Shown one piece after another: positions 35,876 through 48,011 of a stretch of 64,000 bases of DNA. Under the pieces are notes generated by a model, which searched no databases, was not told the origin of the DNA, and saw only the letters and a list, made by a program, of their open reading frames with translations. The translations under genes were made by a program, and so were the position numbers. Position 1 is the stretch's first letter, and every line of letters starts with the position of its first letter. The stretch covers positions 1,922,001 to 1,986,000 of the forward strand of contig MU008165.1 of the NCBI GenBank assembly GCA_010909165.1, written 5' to 3'. The stretch is from Anthoceros angustus (taxonomy: Eukaryota; Plantae; Anthocerotophyta).

Positions 35876-38800
35876 CTACCTAGTCAGGGTATTTTTGAGT
35901 ACATTGTCTGAAACACCTGCTGCTTTACATCCTCCGTCCCATCGACGTGTCCACAAGCTACGTAAACTGAGGAGAAAATTGCTGCTCTTTCCTTGCTTAC
36001 GAGATGGGTCCATTCCCCCTTTGCTTGTCGTGTTACGGCCAGGGGTTGCAGGTTGGCGTGGTTCAGCTTCATCGGCTTCTGGGTCCTGCATGTTTTCCTC
36101 ATCTACTTCATCAACATCCTTATTCTTTGTTGAGCCCCATCCACCACTGAAAGAACTGCCTCTCCTACTTCTTCCTCCAGCCGGGACCGTCTTGGTTTTC
36201 TTGTCATTTGCCTCTTTAGAGTCTGTGGCTGGAACAGGAAGACGAGGTCCAACTCCGCCTGATGTCCTTAGGGGAACAGAAACACGTACGTCTTCCTTGT
36301 GGTCAGGCCAGATTGTGTCATCTGGAGATGAATCCCCTTCAATAGCAGAAGCAACCACCTCCACAGCTGCTGCAACCTGAACAAGGAGAGCAGCAGAATC
36401 AGACGTCATGCGATGAACGAACAAGGAAGACGAACCAACGGATAGACATGGGTCTTATTCCACCTCGGCCTCCTTGACTTTGCTTGCTAGCTCCTCCACT
36501 CCACTGAGAGACGTGGCTCGCCTGCGACGAGGTTTAGAAGATTTCGATGCTTTGACGGCTTCTGTGTCCACCAATGCAACACCTTCCAGGTTTCGATGGT
36601 TCCTCATGAGTTCCAGAAGCCGGGATGCTCTTTGCTGCGCTTTCGGACTACCCAAGAGCGCCATCTCCACAAGAGCCGGCAGGATTCCTTGTGCAGCCAT
36701 GGTTTTTTGTCGAAATTCAGGATCTGAGGTGAGCGAGAGAAGAATACCGGCAGCTTGCTCCTTTGCACTTTGAGATCCAGCCTGTATGTTTAGGCCATTA
36801 GATGTCATTGGTGCAGACAACATCGTAGTGAAAGCCTCAGTGAGGTGAGATGTTTACCTTCAGCACATGGAGAAGCACGGGGAAAGTCTCCGGAGCTGCT
36901 GCTACACCATCCCTCCCTTCCTGGGTCATGTAGAGGTGGCTCAATAGCAGCATGCCCTTGTCTCCTGCCTCCATAAAGTCTCGCTGGATGTGAACATAGA
37001 GAGGAGCAATGGCCCCTGCATGCACGATCTTCTGACGGTGTGGCTTGAAAATGGAGAGGTTGAGAAGCGCTCGGCACGCATCGGACCGGCCCTGAGTGGT
37101 CCCGTTCTTCAGAATATCAACGAGATGAGGAATGGCAGCTTCAAGATGAGGTTTCAAGGTGTCAGACGCAGCCAAAGACAGGATCACAGCTGTGGCACTT
37201 TCCCGGAGAGAGATGAAGGACTGTGGTCTGAGGAGGTCGATCAGCAGGGGCACACCGCCTTCTTCGTAAATGGTTAGCTTGTTCCTGAGACGAGAAGGAA
37301 CTGGATGAGCAAGGCCCATGTCGCAAAAGATGAGACGGGGAATGGCATTTTTGAATGAGGATGTGCATACCTGGTACAGCCTATAGCCAGGTTGAGCAGA
37401 GCCAATGCTGCAGTATGTCGGGTCCCCATGTCATGATCCGGCATGAGCAATCTCAGCAGAGGTGGTATTGCACCAGCCTCACTCAGCGCCTTCCGAGCAA
37501 GCTCTGAGTGCTTGGCTGCTGCTCTGACCTCCCGTACTGCAGAAAGTGGCGTGACTAATCCCAGCTCTGCTTGTTGCAGCCTCTCGACAATGCTGCTGTA
37601 CTCATATGCGTCATCCTCGGCATCCATGCTTATGGACGATCCGTGAGTCGGATCTGTAGACTCACGATCACATGCATCGAAGTTGGGGATTTGTAGCTTC
37701 CCGAACATGTGAGAGTTCATCAGTAGCTCTTCCGCCATCTCGGCAGCCGGAGACTTGCTCCTCTTATACAGAATGTGGGTTGCCGAGGCTGCAGAAGCAC
37801 TGCCGCTCAGGTACTCCTGGATGGTAGCGATGCTGGTGGTGTCAGTGGCCGTGTCTGGTCCACTGCCAGTGTCTGTAACAGCAGCGACAAGGGAGCTCCA
37901 TCAGTGACAAGCATCCAACACTCCAATCCCCCAGCAGCAGAGAAATGTTGCAGAGAATGTACCTGTGAAGGTGTCCGGTGGATCATCCATGGCATAATTG
38001 TAACTGGAGGCATCAGGCAAACTTTCAACACTTCGAGATCTGAGGGGAAACGACCGGGAGGAAGGCATCTGCACTGGAGGTCTGTTCCCAACTTCCGCCA
38101 TCGAGTGAGACCTTGGAGCAAGGTTTTTGCTGCTGCTAGTGCTTCCAACCGAACTGTACGACAGCTGAGAGATGTCATCTGACAGCACGTCTGGCTCTGC
38201 ATCGACAGGTTCAAAAAAGTGAATCTTCTTGGTAGTCCTACGAGATACCCCTCTGGTCCGAGGAAGATCCGGCTTCCCACCAGCCATGCCCGAGCCAACA
38301 TCGGATCGATTCATACTTCCCCAGGTACCACGATGCCCTTCAGCAGGACGCAACCCATACCCTCCACCTTCCGAGGACGACATATCATCACTACCACCAT
38401 CCCTCTGCTCCTCCCAGCCGTATGAGCCCTTGGAGTTCCCATCATTCCGCAGCCTGGGAGATCCAGTTCCCCTCACCAGCCTGGGAGACCCACTCATCAG
38501 GCCTCGGTTCCTGCTCCCAGCCTGGCCGATGTCACTGGAATCCACCTTTCCCACTCTAACTTCAGCTGGCCTTGCAGGAGCAACTCGTGGACTGTCAATG
38601 TCGCCGTGACCCAAGTACTGACCGGGCATCGCCCCAGCTTGCTGACCCCCACCTGTTCGTTTTTGTTATGCATACAGGCACACAGATTCATCAGCTTGCA
38701 GTTCGAACAACCGAACCCACCAACCCAGTGAGGGACAAATTATCCCACATTGCTCAGCTCAGCTATGGGACACATGGGAGAGAAGAACCCTAAGATTGAT

Positions 38801-39197
38801 AGACCTCGCATTGGTGGTCCGAATAACTCTGAGAGGGGAAGAATGCCTTTTGCCTGTCAGGAGAACAGATATGAACAGGTGCGAGCGAGAGAGAGAGAGA
38901 TAGACTGATGAACTTACGGGGAAGATGGGGAGGCAGAGTCACTGCCCCCTGCCGGGATGAGAGCTTTCTGGGGCTGCGATCCGGAATCCCCGTCCCAGAC
39001 CGAGGGCTGCTGGTCTCCCCATCTCCCGGGAGCTGGTGGCCACCCTGAGGCTCCCTGTTCCTGATCCGGCGAAGGTAGTTCCATGGCTGGGACCCGGAGG
39101 ATCCCTTTTTCTCCAGGGCCTGGGCTTCCGTCTCCAAGTTCGAAAATTTGGTGTCGTGCTGCCCAGGCTGGTGCCGTATGGATCCATGGCCCTGCAT
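35876..39197 (-). CDS. ARM-repeat protein (~905 aa) with long disordered N- and C-termini and no visible U-box
   Basis: Exons 39197-38918, 38652-37963, 37872-37371, 37284-36858, 36781-36464 and 36376-35876 sum to 2718 nt in frame with GT-AG introns. ARM motifs: ALSEAGAIPPLLRLL, EEGGVPLLIDLL, IVHAGAIAPL, GSPKAQQRASRLL. The ARM core is well supported; exon 1 less so. Confidence 0.78.
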
Positions 39198-39663
39198 GAA
39201 CACCTGCTGACAACAGTGCTATCAGAAGCACATGGTGGGCAGGAACCGCTGGCAGTGCACAGCGAGAAGCAGAATCAAACAATGGGCGCGAGAGCACAGG
39301 GCTTCTTCCGCCGGTCAATGCCTGCCCCCACGATTAAAGTAAATTGGGTGATTGTCGTCACCACAAGCCTGGATTGAGTGGTGCCTAACTGGGGATGTGC
39401 TGGCACTCTGTCAGGAGTGGGGTTGTTGGATTCTGATTAGAAAAAGGTGGAGTTTTGTCCAAGGAATCTCGTCATCTGGCACAGGCAGGCGGCTCTCTCA
39501 GCAGTTCGAGGGACGGACAGCTGAGGATTCCTACTCTCCGGGAGCAAGTAGCCTCGCTCCCACCAACCGCCCTGCCCTGGGCAGCGTGCAAAATGGGTCT
39601 TTCCCCGGGCCTGGTTCCTTCTCTCGGCTGCCTGGAGGCGGACTGTGACCCCGCATCTCAAGC

Positions 39664-41016
39664 ATGAAGGGCCTCCTCATCTTCGTGCGCCTGCCTGTGG
39701 CTGGCAAGGTGAAGGCTCGGCTGGCAAGCCATGTGGGGCTTCAGGCGGCCAACAATTTCTACCGGGCCTGCGCTGAGCACACCATTGTGGAGTCTGCACG
39801 GTGAGATCTCGGGTGCATTTCGTTGGGTGCTTGCTGCTTCCTTGGCAGTGGCTTCGATGAGGACGGGAAGGGAAGGGAAGGGAAGATTTTTGTTCACCTC
39901 TGCTCTGTTCTTCGCACATTGGGCTCGCACAGGCTGGAGGGCATCACCAGGTTCATCTACTTCGCAGACAGCGAGACCGCAGAGCAGGTGCAGCAGTGGA
40001 TGCAGAGCATCAACCAGCAGCAGACTCTTGAGCTGCGGCCTCAGGTATGACCTGCTCCGCTGTGCTGCTGCTTCCTCCTGCAATGGATGGGTCTGGATCC
40101 GGAATTTCTCACCGAGTAGGAACGTGTGGTGGCAGCTCAGACGAGCACACCCGACCCAGGGCAGCGCATGTCGGATGCTCTCAAAGCTGTCTTCGCCATG
40201 GGAGCTGGCCAGGTACTCCAACACCCCACCACCTCCTCCTCCTCCTCCCCTACCATCACGTTCCGTCCCTCTCCTAACACACACGACATCACTCTATCCA
40301 TGTGCAGGCAGTGCTGATCAGCTCAGATGCCCCTGACTTGAGTGGTGAAGTCATCTCCAACGCATTCAAAGCTCTGGAAACCAGCGACGTAAAGCATCCA
40401 CCCTCTGTCCCCGTCCAAGCCATGCTCTAGTACTTCCTGTGCACCCACGCTCCTCACAACACTCACTCACTCACTCACTCACTCTCGCCCTCCTTCACTG
40501 TACAGGTGGTACTGGGCCCTGCTCACGATGGAGGCTACTGCGTAATAGGACTGCGAACATTCCGCCCGTCCCTGTTCCAGGTCTGCACGTACTAACACTG
40601 CATCACTTTCACCCTACTCTCCCTCCCGCCGTGTACTGTTTATGCAACTTGATGCAACAGTCTCACATCCACAACACGACCCAACAGTGCCATCCACAAC
40701 ACGACCCACCAGTGCCATCCACCATGACCCACCTCCCTCTAACTCCTGCCACCCTTCGGGTGTTGCTTCCGTCCAGGGAATCTCGTGGAAGACAGACAAG
40801 GTGCTCCAGCAGACGGTGGATGCGGCCACAGCCGAGCACCTGAAGCTGGCCCTGCTGCCCGCCCTCTACAGCATCGGGACATACGCACAGCTGCAGGAGT
40901 GGGTGGAGCTTCCGGGCAGCAGGCACAGCCCGCTGCATCCGCTGGCCTGCAACCTGGTGCAGGAAAGCGCGGCCATGATGGACGCGCTTGCAGAGACAGG
41001 CTACACTTTCTCGTGA
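39664..41016 (+). CDS. DUF2064 / TIGR04282-like (CofC-like glycosyl/nucleotidyltransferase fold) protein, 6 exons, 238 aa
   Basis: Exons 39664-39800, 39933-40044, 40141-40212, 40308-40388, 40506-40580 and 40777-41016 (717 nt, all GT-AG). Family motifs LIFVRLPVAGKVKARL, DPGQRM, VLISSDAPDL, VLGPAHDGGYCVIGL, GISW. Confidence 0.85.
40668..40735. repeat. Imperfect ~26-bp tandem repeat in intron 5 of the DUF2064 gene
   Basis: CACAACACGACCCA(A/C)CAGTGCCATC repeated about 2.5 times. Confidence 0.65.
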
Positions 41017-41217
41017 CCTGCTCCACATGCCATGCCGCCCCGCATGCAGCCATGCAGCCATGCAGGCTTCCTTGTCCATCAATAAACCAGCGGTTAACGC
41101 CGTGATCGGCACTTGCACACGCTCCAATCCTCCGCTGCCTGATTGCCTGGCTTCCTGCTCGCCCCCACACACCGCACACCCTGTCCTCCAGACAGCTGGT
41201 GCCGTCCACACCTGTCC

Positions 41218-41253
41218 AGTTTCGCCAGTTTCGCCAGTTTCGCCGGTTTCGCC
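41218..41253. repeat. 9-bp tandem repeat (AGTTTCGCC) x4
   Basis: AGTTTCGCC-AGTTTCGCC-AGTTTCGCC-GGTTTCGCC seen directly. Confidence 0.8.
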
Positions 41254-41551
41254 GCCCCTGCCCTCCCCGCCCTGCCGCCCGCACGCCGTGCAAATTCAAA
41301 ACTCCAGACGGGACCTGCCTTAGATCTGGACGGCTTTCCTTCCTAGACCTAGCTATTCTTGTTGACCGGGCTGCTGCCTGCATTAAATCTTTTTTCTCGT
41401 GGACCTGCTCGCCATTTTAGTGAGAACAGAGCGAGATATATTCGCCTGCTCGCCATTCGTTGTCACCGGTATTATTATTTTAATAGCCTAAAAAGTTCAT
41501 GAATGTAAATACCTAGATAGTAGAGAAGAAGAAGATGATACTACCGTATAC

Positions 41552-41590
41552 AAGAAGAAGGAGAAGAAGAAGGAGAAGAAGAAGAAGAGA
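41552..41590. repeat. (GAA/GAG)n microsatellite
   Basis: AAGAAGAAGGAGAAGAAGAAGGAGAAGAAGAAGAAGAGA. Confidence 0.8.
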
Positions 41591-42521
41591 TCTCTTGTAA
41601 GTCCACTACGTTTTGCTGTGGGTAGATGGATTTATGGTGTGTCACTATGGGTTAATATGTTTGTGATGTGGATCATTGAATTCCCATAATCAAAGTAGTT
41701 TTCTCATGAACATAATAAGCATGGAAACAAGCTTGGAAAATGGAAGTGCATGTGGCAGTAAGTAAGAGAGAGAGAGATAAGAGGGTGAATGGAGAACTCA
41801 TGTGTATTCTTTTTAACTTTTCTCCCATAGCATTGAGATGATGTTGAGTTCTTCCTAAGAATTGAATAGACATGAAGAGAAGTAGGGAGAATGAAAGAGA
41901 CTTGTTCAATAGACTATTTGCAAGGGGCTTTTAGGTCTACCAGAAACGATTTGAAGTGTTTGATGAGCTGTCGAGTAATTTTTATGATGGAGCTCTCCGG
42001 GATTTTTGTCGATTGACCTACTGCCTGTTTAAATGTCGTAGGAATAATAAGAAGTCTGACCTTCATGTTTAGGAACCTAGTTTTGCACCTTGAAATATTT
42101 TAGCTCATTTTTTTAAATCAGCAAAAAAATATACTAACTTTTCCTTAACCTATTTAGCTCCCAGTAGAGTGTGCTCTATACTCTAAAAACACCTAGGAGA
42201 GCGTGGTTTGTATTAAGGACGTGCCTACCCAGGCCCGGACCCCTTTCAAACCTGAATATGGATACAGGCCCGACGTTAACGTTGTGAGATCGTATTATGT
42301 ACGCACATAAAATTTCCAAATTATCCACCACTTCCCACTCTGGTTGAGGTTGAGTTGCCCTAGATGCGCCGCAACGCGTAAGTAGCCTTTGGCCGTCTCC
42401 CAGCCAGCGCCTTTTCTCTTGCACTTCCTCCTCCTCTCACTCAGCTCTGTGTTGCCTTCTCCGTCCCCGTCTATCTGCTGTTTTGCCCAAGCTCCCCTCT
42501 TGTCCAGAGGGCTCAGCCGTC

Positions 42522-45152
42522 ATGTCTCTCCGGCCGAATGCCCGCACGGAGGCCAGGAAGAAGAGCTACAAGCTGGCCGTGGACACCGATGAGGCCCGCA
42601 GGAAGAGGGAGGACAATATGGTGGAGATCCGGAAGAACAAGCGGGAAGAGAGCCTGCTCAAGAAGCGCAGGGAGGGTATGCAGGCTCAGTCGTATGCGGT
42701 CTCCGTTCCTTCATCCGTGATCGAGAAAAAGGTAAGCACCTCTGCTCTGCCTACTTGCCGCCTTGCTCAGCTGGCCCGGTGGCCGGATCTGGCGTCTGGT
42801 GTGCTGCTCGGAGGCCTTTTGAGCCGGACGTGAGTCGGTAGGTGTCTGGATGTGGAGCCGTCCGCTAAGACTTGCTATCTCTCTTTTTTTCCAGCAGCTG
42901 GAGAGCTTGCCTGCTATGGTAGCTGGTGTGTGGTCAGATGATCCCGTCCAGCAGCTGGAGGCCACCACTCAGTTCCGGAAGTTGCTGTCGATAGGTATGT
43001 CGTAGCTCCCGCGCTGTACTGCGCTCCCTCTCTCCCAGCGTGATCGGGGCCGGGATTGGGTAGTGAGTGTTGTCGGTTTCGTCCTTGGATGATCCTTGTC
43101 TGTGGTGCTGTGGATCGCGGTCTTAACCGCGGGTACCGGTTGCTCTTGGCAGAGCGAAGCCCTCCGATCGAGGAAGTTATTGCTGCAGGTGTGGTGCCCC
43201 GATTTGTGGAGTTTCTGCTTCGAAATGAATTCCCTCAGCTCCAGGTAAGTGCCAGTGTAATGTTTTGCATGGTATCTGTCCCAAGTCGGGCAGTTGTGTA
43301 GGGGCGCTGGTCTGACTTGCGCACTGTCGATCGTCAGTTTGAGGCGGCGTGGGCGTTGACCAACATTGCATCGGGGACGTCTGAACACACTCGAGTTGTC
43401 ATCCACCATGGTGCTGTCCCTATCTTTGTGCAGCTCCTCAGGTCCCAGAGTGATGATGTCCGGGAGCAGGTAACTCACTTGCTGTCTGGCTCGCCCTGCT
43501 TTTCGTTTTGTTTACCCTTGTACTGTACTGCGGTTTTCACAGTGAGGCCTTTGATTTTTGCACCGAATTTTCAGGCTGTCTGGGCTCTTGGAAACGTGGC
43601 TGGAGACTCTCCTAAATGTCGGGATCTTGTGCTCAACAGTGGTGCCCTTATGCCACTGCTTGCCCAGCTTCATGAGAATGCCAAGCTCTCTATGTTACGT
43701 AATGCAACATGGACGCTGTCGAACTTCTGTCGTGGGAAGCCACAGCCCCCATTTGAACAGGTAGGAAGGCCTTCTTGACGTGTCTGAGGTTTCCTGTCCG
43801 ATGTCTTTGCAGTGTTTGTATCTGGATTGCAGACTGATTTTCTTTGTACGATGCAGTCAAAGCCTGCTCTTCCAGCTCTGCAGCGCTTGATCCACTACAA
43901 CGATGAGGAGGTTCTTACAGATGCCTGTTGGGCGCTTTCGTATCTTTCGGACGGCACAAATGATAAGATACAGGCTGTAATTGACGCTGGCGTCTGCAGG
44001 CGCCTTGTCGAGCTACTTATGTGAGCCGCTCTGCCTCCTCTAAGATACAGTGGCCTCACTGATGGTTGGAGGCTCATGGTTGTGTTGATGAATTCCAAGT
44101 TTTTCTCATTCTCATCTTTGAATCTGTGGTTTATCATGCAGCCATCCTTTTCCAGCTGTTCTCATTCCAGCTCTTCGAACTGTTGGCAACATTGTTACTG
44201 GCGATGATGTGCAGACTCAGGTTCAACTCCGCATCTCTGCTGCTGCTTATTTGCTAAATCAGTTGACCTGATATCTTTGACGGTGATTAAAGATATCATG
44301 CTGGACCCAAGGATATTATATCTGACCTTTGTGTTTTTGCTTTGTTCAGTTCATCATCAACAACAACGCACTTCCATACCTTCTGAGGCTTCTTACCAGC
44401 AGTCTGAAAAAGAGCATTAAGAAAGAAGCTTGCTGGACCATTTCTAACATAACTGCTGGAAATAAGGATCAGATCCAGGTGAGTATTGGAGCACACTACT
44501 GTTTACTGGTTCACAGCATCAAAATCATCGCCTTACATAATTTTCTGTTGCCAGGCTGTGATTGATGCCAACATCATTCCCCCTTTGGTATCTCTGCTCG
44601 CTAATGCTGAGTTCGACATTAAGAAAGAAGCAGCCTGGGCAATCTCCAACGCAACTTCTGGTGGCACCCATGAACAGATCAAGTAACATCTCATGAACTT
44701 GTCTCCTCGTGAATAGGTTCTGCCGCTCCTGAAGCTCTGAGTTTAACAATCATGTCTATGCCCGTTCCAGGTACCTTGTGAGCCAAGGTTGTATCAAGCC
44801 CCTATGTGATCTTCTGACTTGCTCAGACAGCAGGATTGTGACGGTCTCTTTGGAGGGTCTGGAAAACATATTGAGGATTGGGGAGGCAGAGAAGGATCTT
44901 GGAACCACTGGTCAAATCAACCTGTATGCCAGGTACATTGATGAAGCAGAAGGAGTGGAGAAGATTGAAGCACTGCAAAATCATGAGAACACAGAGATAT
45001 ATGAAAAAGCCGTTAAGATTCTTGAAAATTATTTTCTGGATGACGAAGAAGAAGCAAATGCAGTTGCCAATGCTGATGGTAATCAGCAAGCTGGCTTTAC
45101 ATTTGGTGGGAACCCACCACCCGTTCCATCAGGCGGCTTCAATTTCGGTTAA
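42522..45152 (+). CDS. IMPA: Importin subunit alpha
   Basis: IBB domain [17 protein letters not shown]...[29 protein letters not shown] repeats [40 protein letters not shown]-terminus [23 protein letters not shown]...GGFNFG. Confidence 0.96.
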
Positions 45153-46719
45153 GGTCAGTAGTCCTCTGTGACTTGTGAGCCCTTGCAACTTCTCCCTGGC
45201 TGGTGCACTTCTTCTGACTGGCTTGTTTTTTTGTCGTTGGCAGTTCCATTCAAGAGTCATGTTTCTGGCCTCAAAAAAGGGAAGGTGTCTGGGCTATCCA
45301 TGTGGAGCATTAAAGCTGGATGTTCAGGTGTCTGCTGTGGGTCTACATGCTGGCTGATACTAACTGTCGGCAGGCTTTGTCGGTCTCTGGATTGGTCTCC
45401 ATTTCCTTGCGGGGGCCTGTCCCGTCCGAGACCAGTCAGGATCTTTGCGTTCGTCCTGCTAGTAGTGCAAATGCTTGGAATGTTAAATTGACCCTGTGTC
45501 TGTGTCTACTGGGCATGTGTTCTGGACAGGATACCAGACGCTGTCCCGTTTGAAGCCTACCAAATCCATTTTGGACCTGTTAGGCTGTCTGGGTTATCCA
45601 TTTGCTAAACGAGCAAACTGCCTTGCTTGTTGAACCTAATTGACACCGCATCGCCTTTATGGCATGCTTCCTTATTGCAGAGAGTAACTCTCAAGTTACC
45701 CACTGTGATCATGTTGGCTCGAGAGCCAAAGAGTGTCCTTAAAGATAAGTAGCCGCGTCTACTGTCTGCTGACTACACCCTGCCATTGTCGAGTCCCACA
45801 TCGGCTTGTCTGCCGTATGGAGTCTTTTGAGTCCAATCGCGTTTGGACTCGGACGATCGTTTTGACCTGTCGTCAAGTCTGGTCAGTCGTTGTCACGTCA
45901 TGTCATTGTCATGTAATGTGAGCCTTGCCTCGCGCCACAATTATGATCAAGGCTTGTATGTTCCCGCTATGGTCTCAAATCTGTGCAGAACCCTTCTCCT
46001 GTGCTTAACTACTTCAGTTGGAAAAAGGTGTGCTGCTCTTGTGTACCTGCATCTTGGAGGTTCCAAGTTCCGCTTACTCCAGATCTCCTCCAGGAGTTTG
46101 CCTCCGAAATGTAAGAACAGTTGTATGAAGCTACATTGGCTACTTCAGGGTGTACTGCCTGCAAACTTTGTTCGTAAAGACGGTGTCCCCCGCGGTCTCC
46201 TCCGCCCTAGTTTCCCTCCAGGGAGCTTCTTCGAAGATTGCTCGGCGGGTTGTCGGTGACAGTCTCGCAAATGTCTTGAGTCGAGAGCCTCATTTCCCGT
46301 GGTGTGGCAGAAAGAGGCTGCTTTTCCGCGATATACCTCGACACAGAGTTTCGTGCTCTTTGGCCTTCGCACGTTGAGTATAATGTAACACTGGACAAGC
46401 GAGGGTGCTGCCTTGCATGTGCGCAAGTGTGTTGGTCTGGACTTTGGACCGTTCAGAGGATGTACGTGCGGATGAGTTGCGCCGGCGTCAGCCGTGATGG
46501 TGTGTCAGAATTAGGTGCAGGCCTACAGCAGCCCACATGTTCCAGGTTGTCGCTCTGCAGGGAAAGGGAATTATAGAGCTGGCGCGGGAAACCCTGCCGG
46601 CACTGACGTTATAATATGAAGGAAACGGTCTCTGACCATGACGCGGTTGCTGAGTCGAGGCCGAACGGCCTCATTTCTCGGATGCATCGTCCCCCCAGGC
46701 TGGCGGCGAACATCTGCAG

Positions 46720-47526
46720 ATGAGCAGTCACAGCGTCCAAGAACAGGCCCGGTCTGTCGAGTCTCAAGAGCCAGACTGCAGTGCTGCGGAGTGGAAGAAG
46801 GCTCAGAGCGTCGACGTGCTTTCCGGAAGAAGCGTGGACTGGACTGCTGTCTTGAGTCCTTTCTTTTGTTTGGAGATCTCGGTTTGAAGCTTTGCGTGGC
46901 GTGGCGTGGCGTGGCGTGGCGTGGCGTGGCGTGGCGTGGATATTTTTTGTTAGTGCCGAGTGTGCGCATTCTAGCAAGCTCGAGGCGCAGCCATGGGGGT
47001 CCGGATCAGGCATCATGTGAGGCGCTACTTCTGCGCCTGGTGCGGGAATTCGGCTCCCATCAGAGTCGTGTTGGCGGAGTGCGGAGCCCTCATCAACCTG
47101 GAGTGGACCCTGACAGTGGAGGAGCTTCTGGTGCTGTGCAACACCTTCAACCATTACGTGTGCGAGGTGTCTTGGCCTGGGATGAAGGCGCGCGGGCTTA
47201 GTTTCTCTACTATCAAGTCGCGGATCAGCCAGGGCCCGGCCCTGCTGCCGCTTGCGCACAAACTGCGGCACGGCCACTTCTACTGCATCTGCCCTCTGCC
47301 ACAGCACTGGAATCCCGATGTGGACTATCTTTCCTACTCTCTGCAATCGCTTCCCGGACAATTGAACAAATCAAGCAGGAGCGACGAGTACGACCCTTTC
47401 AAGCCGGCTTCGCTCCCTTCCAGTGGCCCGATCAAGCCAACTTCCGACTACTCGCGCCTACAGAATCAACCGTTGTTGAACAGGACAGGCAGCCTGTCTC
47501 CAGAGGTGGTTGGCTGGCTGACATAG
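46720..47526 (+). CDS. Hypothetical Cys/His-rich protein (orphan); core ORF 46993-47526, possible upstream exon 46720-46880
   Basis: 177-aa ORF with GC3-rich codons and CxxC, HGH and CxC motifs. An in-frame phase-0 acceptor at 46974 could join an upstream exon. No family recognised. Confidence 0.5.
46895..46939. repeat. (CGTGG)9 microsatellite
   Basis: Nine perfect pentamer copies, probably in the intron or leader of the orphan gene. Confidence 0.9.
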
Positions 47527-48011
47527 TCGGTTGCTGCCACCTTTGCTCTTCGACCTTGAGTTGTGTCTTCACCTAAGTTGTGATCTTTTGGTTTGCTATG
47601 CTAGACTGTCCATTTTCTTGGCGCACCAGGCAGAAGCCCGTCGATCTCGGCCTTCCCCGACAGTCCCTCATTTTTTTTGCGCTAGGGACAGGGACAACTC
47701 ACCTAATGTTCTTGATCGTGGTACCTAATACGCTCACCGACCACTGGTGTTGCAGTTCCCACTTTTTAGTATGGACTTCAAACAGTCAGCGGCGCCGTTT
47801 CTGGTCAATTGACCTTCCAGAAAAGGGCTAGGACCTCTCCTGAATTCAGCTTAGGCAATGCGATTTTTTTCAATCCCGAATTCGGGTGGATGTTCCAACA
47901 ACCATTGTTATTTTTGTAATTCTTACTCCTACTGGAATTCTAGCACGTGAAAAAGCAAGAGGCACCTCGACTGGCGACTGGCTTGCAAATACTGACCGAG
48001 AGTCTTCCTTC

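Noticed and set aside
37739-37962. A separate orphan ending FLCCWGIGVLDACH (palmitoylation-like), or stop-codon read-through into the in-frame ARM ORF
   Set aside because: A canonical 90-bp GT-AG intron (37873-37962) removes both the CC motif and the TGA, which is the simpler explanation.
42160-42200. Possible Helitron 3-prime end (short hairpin then CTAG)
   Set aside because: The hairpin is AT-rich and weak, CTAG is followed by G rather than T, and no 5-prime TC end was identified.
42892-42897. CAGCAG (NAGNAG) tandem acceptor in importin alpha intron 1
   Set aside because: This is a common motif, and the distal site gives the conserved EKKLESLP sequence.
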